From a bacterium (lineage in GTDB: Bacteria > Patescibacteriota > Patescibacteriia > Patescibacteriales > UBA12465): DNA of 64,000 bases. Below the pieces are notes generated by a model. The model saw nothing but the letters and a program-made list of their open reading frames with translations, was not told where the DNA came from and did not search any database. This document shows, piece by piece, positions 57,326-64,000 of the stretch; positions within the stretch are counted from its first letter, which is position 1; each line of letters opens with the position of its first letter. A program made the translations under genes and the position numbers. The stretch is from contig DAOMZR010000001.1 of NCBI GenBank assembly GCA_035400585.1, forward strand, positions 370,643-434,642, written 5' to 3'.

Positions 57326-59317
57326 TTAAACTGGTAAATCGTCTAGGGATTCCTCTTCTTCTTTATACAAATGGAGAACATCTCCTATTTGAATTAGGGG
57401 CTTTCCTTCGTATCTCAAGCCACATTCCTGACCATTTTCCACAACATTTACATCTTGTTTGCCTGATTGCAGTTTATCTATTTTTCCTTTGTCAATAAAA
57501 CTGTCATCACGCCAAATCTCTAAAAGAGAATTAGACTCAATCAGACCTTCAATAACTTTTCCTCCGACAATTTGAGCATTATTTTCGGTTCTAAAAATAG
57601 CTAAGACTTTTAATCTACCAAGATCTTTTCTGATTATTTGTGGTTTATAAATATTTTTCATTTCTAATTTAACATATTTTATTAAATCGTAAATGATACT
57701 AAAAATATTTATCTTGATATTTTTTTCTCTAACCAAGTCTTCTGTTTGTGGTTGTAAACGAACATTAAAACCAATGATTTGAGCATTAGAATCTTCGGCT
57801 CGTTTAATATCTCCTTCCCCAATATTTCCCAAACCTTTATGTATAATTTTAACTTTTATTTTTTTGGTATTAACCTTCATTAACGACTCTTCAATTGCTT
57901 CCGCTGATCCCAAAAAGTCAGCTTTGATAATTAAATTTAATTTCAAAGAATTGTCGTCAACATTATCTGAAGTAGAAACAGTCTGTCTGTCAGCTTTTGA
58001 TTTGGCGGCTATTTTTTTCATTTTAATTTTTTCACCTTCTCCAACCTCCAAAATATCACCAACTTCTGGCAACATTTTTAAACCCAAAACTCTGGCCGGG
58101 GTAGCTGGCTCAGCCTCTTCAATGGTTTCTCCTTTATAATTTTTTAAAGCTTTAACTTTACCATAAATTACTCCGTTATAACACAACTGATCGCCGACTC
58201 TTAATGTTCCATTTTGAACTAAAACGGTAGCCACTGGTCCGGCTCCCTTATCAACATTTGATTCAATAACTGTACCAACTGCAGCTGATTTTGGGTTAGC
58301 TTTTAAATTAGCTGACTCCACTTCAGCCGATAAAAGAACCATATCCAAGATATCATCTATACCCTTCTTTTCTAAAGCTGAAACTGGCACACAAACAGTT
58401 TTTCCTCCCCAATCTTCTGGTATTACATTTAATTTTGAAGATAAATCTTGTTTAGTGCGATTAATATCGGCCTCTGGTTTATCAATTTTGTTTATAGCCA
58501 CAATAAAAGGAATTTTTGAGGCTTCAATAATTCTAAAAGCTTCGACTGTTTGTGGTTTAACTCCATCATCAGCAGCTACTACCAAAATTGCAATATCAGC
58601 TACCTTAGCGCCTCTACTACGCATAGCCGTGAAAGCCTCGTGCCCAGGAGTATCAATAAAAGTAATTCTTTGATTTTTTCTAACAACTTGATAAGCACCA
58701 ATATGTTGAGTAATTCCTCCCGATTCTCCAGCTACAACGTTTGTTTCTCTAATAGCATCTAATAATTTTGTTTTTCCATGATCAACGTGTCCCATAACAA
58801 CCACAATTGGCGCTCTTTCTAAAAGCTCATCCTTTTTTTCTCTGGCGATAGCCTCAGCTAAAACTTCTTTACCACTAGAAGCATTCCCCATTTCATTATT
58901 TTCTTCTTTTAAAAAAACATCCAAACCTAAACCAGCTCCAATAATCACGGCTGTATCAAAATCGATTTTTTCATTCATGGAAACAAAAACACCATTCTTC
59001 ATTAATTCTTTTAAAACTATGTTTATTGGTAAATCGGCTAGAGAAGAAAGTTCCTTGACAGTAACTAATTTATTTATTCCTACTGGCTTGTTTTCCTTTT
59101 TGATCGATTTTTCTTGCTCTTTTTTTAAAGCTTCCTCTGCCTCTTTTTTCTTTTCGATTTGAGCTATAAAAATTGGCCAATTTTTAATAATCTTTTTAGC
59201 AATCATCTTGTCAACCTTGATTGCCTTTTGACCAATATTAAAACCCATTTGTGGCAACAAATGGCGAAGCTCAAAAGGAGAAACCTTTAAAATACGGGCT
59301 AATTCAGTTACGTTCAT
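57326..59317 (-). CDS. infB: translation initiation factor IF-2
   Basis: This is a 663-aa product. The G domain motifs GHVDHGKT, DTPGH and NKID are present. Confidence 0.95.
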   Translation of the reverse strand: MNVTELARILKVSPFELRHLLPQMGFNIGQKAIKVDKMIAKKIIKNWPIFIAQIEKKKEAEEALKKEQEKSIKKENKPVGINKLVTVKELSSLADLPINIVLKELMKNGVFVSMNEKIDFDTAVIIGAGLGLDVFLKEENNEMGNASSGKEVLAEAIAREKKDELLERAPIVVVMGHVDHGKTKLLDAIRETNVVAGESGGITQHIGAYQVVRKNQRITFIDTPGHEAFTAMRSRGAKVADIAILVVAADDGVKPQTVEAFRIIEASKIPFIVAINKIDKPEADINRTKQDLSSKLNVIPEDWGGKTVCVPVSALEKKGIDDILDMVLLSAEVESANLKANPKSAAVGTVIESNVDKGAGPVATVLVQNGTLRVGDQLCYNGVIYGKVKALKNYKGETIEEAEPATPARVLGLKMLPEVGDILEVGEGEKIKMKKIAAKSKADRQTVSTSDNVDDNSLKLNLIIKADFLGSAEAIEESLMKVNTKKIKVKIIHKGLGNIGEGDIKRAEDSNAQIIGFNVRLQPQTEDLVREKNIKINIFSIIYDLIKYVKLEMKNIYKPQIIRKDLGRLKVLAIFRTENNAQIVGGKVIEGLIESNSLLEIWRDDSFIDKGKIDKLQSGKQDVNVVENGQECGLRYEGKPLIQIGDVLHLYKEEEESLDDLPV

Positions 59318-59418
59318 TTATTTATATTTAAAACACTTAAATTAATTAAAGAAAAACAAACTAATTTTGCTTAGTTTATTATTATTTTATACCATTTTAT
59401 AGCTTTAGTCAAACAAAA

Positions 59419-59447
59419 TTGACAAAAAATAAACAATATTATACAAT
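59419..59447 (+). promoter_or_regulatory. promoter TTGACA-17-TACAAT
   Basis: TTGACA lies at 59419-59424 and TACAAT at 59442-59447. Confidence 0.65.
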
Positions 59448-59482
59448 GGTCAGAAGTAATTTAACAATAAAAAGAGAAGCAA

Positions 59483-60046
59483 ATGAAAAAAATTAGAGCT
59501 TTTTGCCCTTCTTATTCTGAAGGAAATTTTATTAATCAGGCTGGGTACGAATTAATAAGAAATAAAAAGAATGATTTACTGGACACCCCTAACATTTTTA
59601 TTGGACCTCAAACCATGGCAGCACAAACAGCTATTTACATGATGGAGATTTTGGAAAAAGAAATATGTCGAATAGTAATCGTAGAAGAATTAAGAAACAT
59701 AAAAATAGAAAAAAAATTAGAAAACAATAAAAAATCATCATTTTTCTACGAAGAAAACAAAAACAATTTCTACCAAACAATCAGAGAACATTTTAAAGAA
59801 GAAGAGATTGTTGAGATAGAAAAAGATTGCGGCAATAAAATAAAAGAATGTTTTAACAACATGAAAGAAGAAGAGGAGTTTATGTTAATCGGTCACAATT
59901 CCCTTATTTCCATGGCAGCCAATCATTTTACTGGTAGTTTTCATAGGGCAAGAAAATTTGATCGTCTGAAAGAAATGGAATCTGTAGATTTTTTTATGGA
60001 CGATAATGGCGACATTTTTGTTTCAGCTAATTTTTTTACATTATGA
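59483..60046 (+). CDS. hypothetical protein
   Basis: This 187-aa ORF has its own promoter and terminator. No family is recognised. Confidence 0.65.
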   Translation: MKKIRAFCPSYSEGNFINQAGYELIRNKKNDLLDTPNIFIGPQTMAAQTAIYMMEILEKEICRIVIVEELRNIKIEKKLENNKKSSFFYEENKNNFYQTIREHFKEEEIVEIEKDCGNKIKECFNNMKEEEEFMLIGHNSLISMAANHFTGSFHRARKFDRLKEMESVDFFMDDNGDIFVSANFFTL

Positions 60047-60055
60047 AAAATAAAA

Positions 60056-60081
60056 AGGAGTAAACAATACTCCTTTTTTTT
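60056..60081 (+). terminator. rho-independent terminator
   Basis: The stem AGGAGTA (60056-60062) / TACTCCT (60068-60074) is followed by a T-run of 7-8. Confidence 0.75.
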
Positions 60082-60086
60082 AATAA

Positions 60087-60110
60087 TAAAAAAAGGGTGG
60101 CTAGCACCCT
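60087..60110 (-). terminator. rho-independent terminator after CDS 60110..60970
   Basis: The stem is AGGGTG (60094-60099) / CACCCT (60105-60110). The plus-strand A-run at 60087-60093 gives a U-tract on the minus strand. Confidence 0.7.
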
Positions 60111-60970
60111 TAATCCTGGTCAAATCTTTCTTTTTGCCAGAAAAATTTTGGAAAAAAGATATAAGGATCAATATTTAGCTCCAAAAAAATTCCATGAATT
60201 TTTTTATCAGTTGAACTTATAACTCTTTGCTGGTAGTTAATGGTTAAAAGATTATAATGAGCTCTGTCATAATTGAAAGCCAGACCCAAATTAGCTAATG
60301 GATATTGATCGAGCGATATACCATTATCTCTCATTCCAAAGCCAATAACTGGTGAAATCGAAAAATTTCTGTAAATCCGCATTTTATAAAAATTGACTTT
60401 CATGTCAAAATTAATACTGACTTCTGGAGCGTAGGGGCTTTCAACTTTAAAATATTCTCCCTCAGCTGAAAGAAAAAACTTATTCAAAAAAGCTCTTTCT
60501 CTTTCATACAAAATGTCAAAACCAAAAAAAGCGCCATAACGATCAACTCTTTTTGCAGCCGGTGGACCCAGTTCTTCGATTTCAAAAAAAGTATGCTCGT
60601 TGATCATTCCTAAATAAACAAAACCGATTGAAGTTCTTCCAGCAACTCCAATCAACATTTTGTTCAAAATGCCAGAGCGATAATATTCGACTCCTTCTAC
60701 CACCTCATACAAACCAACGTCTCCCTTTAAATTGGTTACAATTGGTCCAAGCGGCAGTTTTTCATAAAAAACATTAAAACTCCAAGAATTAAAATTACCA
60801 ACCAGAGATTTCATTTCTGATTGACCAAAATTGTGGGCGTCAAAAATATCAAAATATTTGAGACTAACATCAACTCTGGTTTTGGTTAAAGTAGAATCGT
60901 TTAAGTTAGCTTGAGCAAAACCGCCAAGCAAAACAAGCAATAAAATTTGGAATAATTTCGCTTTCATCAT
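60110..60970 (-). CDS. secreted hypothetical protein (signal peptide, aromatic/beta-strand-rich)
   Basis: This is a 286-aa product. Its N-terminus MMKAKLFQILLLVLLGGFAQA is a signal peptide. There are no further TM segments. Confidence 0.7.
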   Translation of the reverse strand: MMKAKLFQILLLVLLGGFAQANLNDSTLTKTRVDVSLKYFDIFDAHNFGQSEMKSLVGNFNSWSFNVFYEKLPLGPIVTNLKGDVGLYEVVEGVEYYRSGILNKMLIGVAGRTSIGFVYLGMINEHTFFEIEELGPPAAKRVDRYGAFFGFDILYERERAFLNKFFLSAEGEYFKVESPYAPEVSINFDMKVNFYKMRIYRNFSISPVIGFGMRDNGISLDQYPLANLGLAFNYDRAHYNLLTINYQQRVISSTDKKIHGIFLELNIDPYIFFPKFFWQKERFDQD

Positions 60971-61105
60971 TTATTGTATTTTATTATTATAAAAGAACTA
61001 AACAATCCAATTATTGTAACATATTTTTTTACAAAAGTAAAGAGGCCCTTCAAGGACCTCAAAAAAAATACAACAAAAAATAAATAAATTTATTAATAAT
61101 AAAAA

Positions 61106-62665
61106 CTATTTTTTTGAAAATTCACAACCACAATATCTCTGGCAATAAAAACCTTTTAATTTAGCTAATTTATTAGATTTTTTTGATAAATCTAATTGAT
61201 TAAATTCTAGACTTATAAAATTTAATTTATTTTCGGAAGAAATATAATTTGCCAATTCTTTAATTTTAGTTGAGTCTTTGTAGGGACTAACAAGTAAAGT
61301 GGTATAAAAGTTGCTAATATTTAATTCCTTAGCTTTGTCGGCTGTTTTTAGTAAACGATCTCGATAACAGATAACGCATCGAGCTCCTCTTTCTGGTTCT
61401 TTTTCCAGCCCATTAACTTTATATAACCATTCGTCATGATTATACGGTTCTATTTCTAATTTTAAACCATATTCATCGGCAATTTTTTTAACAAACTCTA
61501 ATCGTCTGTTGTATTCTTCAAAGGTATCAATATTGGGATTATAAAAATACAAAACGACTTCAAACTTTTTTAATAAAATCTCAGAAACAAGAGATAAGCC
61601 ACAAGGAGCACAACAAATATGCAATAATAATTTTTCTTTTTTTATTTTTCTTTTATTTTCCAAATAATATAAAAAAATAATTAAAGCCAACATCAAAAAA
61701 AGCAACAAACCTAGGGCCAAAAACTTTCCTTTGCTTTGTAAAAATAAACCACTCAAACCAAAAACACTAGAAACGAAATAAAAAAACAAAACAGCCTGTT
61801 TTTGATTTAAACCTAAATCAATTAAGCGATGATGAAGGTGTTTGCGATCAGAATATTTAAAAGGATTTTTGCCAGAAAATAATCTTCTGACAATTGTCCA
61901 TAAAACATCTAGGGCCGGCAAACCGATAACCAAGAGAGCTATGGCAATTTTTCCACCAGAAATAATTGCTAAAACACCCAAAACATAACCGAGCAAAAGA
62001 GATCCGCTTTCCCCCAAAAATATTTTAGCTGGATTAAAATTAAAAACCAAAAAACCACAAAGAACAGTAAAAAATAAAAAAGAAGCTAGGGCGATATCTG
62101 GCTGATAGTATTTTTCACTGATGGTAAATAAAAATATAACCAAAGCTCCGATAGCTGAAACACCAGAAGCTAGACCATCTAGGCCATCAAGCAACTTTGT
62201 TGTATAAGTCATTCCTAATAACCACAAAAAAATAATAGCTGAGCTCAAAAAAGTAGAAAAATAAACAAAACCTCCAAAAGGATTGCTTATTTTTTCAATA
62301 TTAACCCCACCTAAAATAACCGCTATTGAAGCTAAAATTGGCCAAACTATTTGCCATTTGGCCGGTAAGTTGTATTTGTCATCCAAAACGCCTCCAAAAA
62401 CAATAAAAACAGCACCAACAAAAAAACCAATCCAATGAAAAATATTCAAATCACCAACCAAAAGATTATCCTTATAAATAAAAACAGCTAAAAAATAAAC
62501 AAAAAAAACGGCCAAACCGCCTAAAAGTGGAATTGGTTTTTTATGGATTTTTCTAGCACCATCAGGATTGTCAACTATATTAAGTTTTAGAGCTATTTTT
62601 CTAGTTAAATAAGTAAATAAAACAGAAACAGGAAAAAATATGATAAAATAATATATAAAAGACAT
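61106..62665 (-). CDS. fusion protein: MraY/WecA-family polyprenyl-phosphate sugar-phosphate transferase (N) plus QueH/DUF208 epoxyqueuosine reductase-like domain (C)
   Basis: The N-terminal ~335 aa are polytopic and carry DDKYNL, LDGLDGLASG, NPAKIFLGESGS and HLHHRL. The C-terminal ~175 aa (from about nt 61640 downward) carry LLLHICCAPCG, YFYNPNI, ERGARCVICY and CQRYCGCEFS, the DUF208/QueH cysteine pattern. Confidence 0.8.
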   Translation of the reverse strand: MSFIYYFIIFFPVSVLFTYLTRKIALKLNIVDNPDGARKIHKKPIPLLGGLAVFFVYFLAVFIYKDNLLVGDLNIFHWIGFFVGAVFIVFGGVLDDKYNLPAKWQIVWPILASIAVILGGVNIEKISNPFGGFVYFSTFLSSAIIFLWLLGMTYTTKLLDGLDGLASGVSAIGALVIFLFTISEKYYQPDIALASFLFFTVLCGFLVFNFNPAKIFLGESGSLLLGYVLGVLAIISGGKIAIALLVIGLPALDVLWTIVRRLFSGKNPFKYSDRKHLHHRLIDLGLNQKQAVLFFYFVSSVFGLSGLFLQSKGKFLALGLLLFLMLALIIFLYYLENKRKIKKEKLLLHICCAPCGLSLVSEILLKKFEVVLYFYNPNIDTFEEYNRRLEFVKKIADEYGLKLEIEPYNHDEWLYKVNGLEKEPERGARCVICYRDRLLKTADKAKELNISNFYTTLLVSPYKDSTKIKELANYISSENKLNFISLEFNQLDLSKKSNKLAKLKGFYCQRYCGCEFSKK

Positions 62666-62681
62666 AAAACAAAAAATAATA

Positions 62682-62710
62682 TTGACTTTTTAGTAATTAT
62701 TTGATAAAGT
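62682..62710 (+). promoter_or_regulatory. promoter TTGACT-17-TAAAGT
   Basis: TTGACT lies at 62682-62687 and TAAAGT at 62705-62710. Confidence 0.45.
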
Positions 62711-62740
62711 TAATAAGGTTAATTAACAATAAAAATTATA

Positions 62741-63037
62741 ATGATGGTAGTAGAAATAGAAACAGAAACAGAAATTCTTGCTGACAAAAAAACTGAAACC
62801 GCTAAAATAATCGAGAGATTGACTAAAAATGCCAGAAAAGCGGTCAAACAGTTTGAATCAGGATTAGTCGACGAGGCTTACAAAAAAGCTTTAGCTGAAG
62901 CACAAAAAATCGAGGACAAGAACACAAGAGATTTTCGTATCTCACTCATTGAAAGCGAACAGAAAAAAAATGAGCTGAAATACAAAGCAGCTAAAGAATT
63001 TTTACAATCAAAAACAAATCAGCAAGAACGAAGTTAA
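62741..63037 (+). CDS. small helical hypothetical protein
   Basis: This is a 98-aa, K/E-rich, helical-looking ORF with a terminator downstream. Confidence 0.55.
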   Translation: MMVVEIETETEILADKKTETAKIIERLTKNARKAVKQFESGLVDEAYKKALAEAQKIEDKNTRDFRISLIESEQKKNELKYKAAKEFLQSKTNQQERS

Positions 63038-63046
63038 ACCATCAAA

Positions 63047-63077
63047 CCCTCACCATTAAAGTGGGGGTATTTTTTTA
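63047..63077 (+). terminator. rho-independent terminator
   Basis: The stem CCCTCAC (63047-63053) / GTGGGGG (63061-63067) includes one G-U pair. A T-run follows. Confidence 0.6.
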
Positions 63078-63078
63078 T

Positions 63079-64000
63079 TTATATACTTTTTCCCTTTTCA
63101 ATTTGAACCTCACCTTTTTCATTTATAAAAACAGTATCTCTCCTTTTTAAATTACCAGCTAAAATTAAATTAGCAATTTCATTTTCTATTTTATCTTGTA
63201 ACAAACGACGAAGTGGTCTGGCTCCAAATTTGGGATCATAACCGGCTTTAGCCAATTTCAATAAACCATCTTCATCATAAAGCAGTGATACACCTTTACT
63301 TTCCAAACTCTTGGCAATCTTTTTCATCATTATTTTGGCAATTGCCAAAACATTTTCGATAGTCAAAGGTTTAAATACAATTATTCCATCAAAACGATTA
63401 ATAAGCTCCGGACGCATTATTTTATTTAAATGATTATCAATCAATTCTTGTTTAATAACTGCCAATTCTGTTTTATTCTTAACAGCTTCTTGAATAAATA
63501 AAGCTCCGGCATTAGAAGTTGTAATGATAATAGAGTTAGTAAAATTAATCGTTCTACCTTGTCCATCAGTCAGGCGACCATCATCTAAAATTTGTAAAAA
63601 TAAATTTAAAATATCAGGGTGAGCTTTTTCTATTTCATCAAATAAAATCAAAGAGAATGGATTTTTTCTAACTGCTTCTGTCAAATATCCCAAAGTACCG
63701 TCAACATCACCAATCATTTTTTTAACACTATCAAAAAGCTGATATTCACTCATATCAAGACGAATCATATATCTTTCGTCTCCGAAATAAACTTCCGATA
63801 CTGATTTAGCTAATTCGGTTTTACCAACACCAGTTGGACCTAAAAATAAGAAGCTGGCTATCGGTCGATTACCCTCTCTAATTTGAGCCCTGGCGCGCCT
63901 TAGACTGCCAGAAACAGCCACCACGGCCTCTTCTTGACCAATCATCCTTTCATGTATTTTAGCCTCTAAATTAAGCAATTTTTCGCCTTCAGAGGCCGAA
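63079..64000 (-). CDS. Clp/Hsp100 AAA+ ATPase (ClpB/ClpC family), C-terminal part; 5' end outside window
   Basis: The D2 module reads IGQEEAVVAVSGSLRRARAQI...FLFLGPTGVGKTELAKS...IRLDMSEY...LILFDEIEKAHPD...GARPLRR. The reading frame stays open to position 64000. Confidence 0.9.
   Translation of the reverse strand, partial: SASEGEKLLNLEAKIHERMIGQEEAVVAVSGSLRRARAQIREGNRPIASFLFLGPTGVGKTELAKSVSEVYFGDERYMIRLDMSEYQLFDSVKKMIGDVDGTLGYLTEAVRKNPFSLILFDEIEKAHPDILNLFLQILDDGRLTDGQGRTINFTNSIIITTSNAGALFIQEAVKNKTELAVIKQELIDNHLNKIMRPELINRFDGIIVFKPLTIENVLAIAKIMMKKIAKSLESKGVSLLYDEDGLLKLAKAGYDPKFGARPLRRLLQDKIENEIANLILAGNLKRRDTVFINEKGEVQIEKGKSI

Overview
This is an AT-rich, gene-dense bacterial chromosome segment. 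By eye most intergenic DNA is about 25-30% G+C. The window holds compact housekeeping genes: glyQS, argS, a UvrA-like protein, ftsH, rpsA, polA, murD, holA, rpsT-rpsO-NYN-pnp, rpsP-KH-trmD, infB/rbfA, rnc, nusB, rpmF and a Clp ATPase. It also holds a 4-tRNA cluster and one rRNA locus on the minus strand, in the unusual order 23S-5S-16S, with a separate consensus promoter in front of the 16S. A dispersed type IV pilus toolkit is present: a tandem-duplicated PilB ATPase, PilT, a ComEC-type MBL protein, and three pilins that share one N-terminal module but carry different C-terminal domains. The small proteins, K/E-rich tails on housekeeping proteins, adhesin-like pilins and odd rRNA layout suggest a Patescibacteria/CPR-like organism. 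That assignment is inference only. The most interesting locus is 22.8-27.3 kb on the minus strand. It runs from a near-consensus promoter through a roughly 390-nt G+C-enriched noncoding region with two long-range helices and a 13-nt direct repeat. Three overlapping genes follow: a reverse transcriptase, a 6-TM ABC-type protein with degenerate ATPase motifs, and a membrane-anchored PLD-family protein with one intact and one degenerate HKD motif. I cannot place this triad in any RT-system type I know (retron, DGR, group II intron or a DRT type). I flag it as a candidate undescribed RT-based system. No CRISPR array, transposase or integrase was seen.
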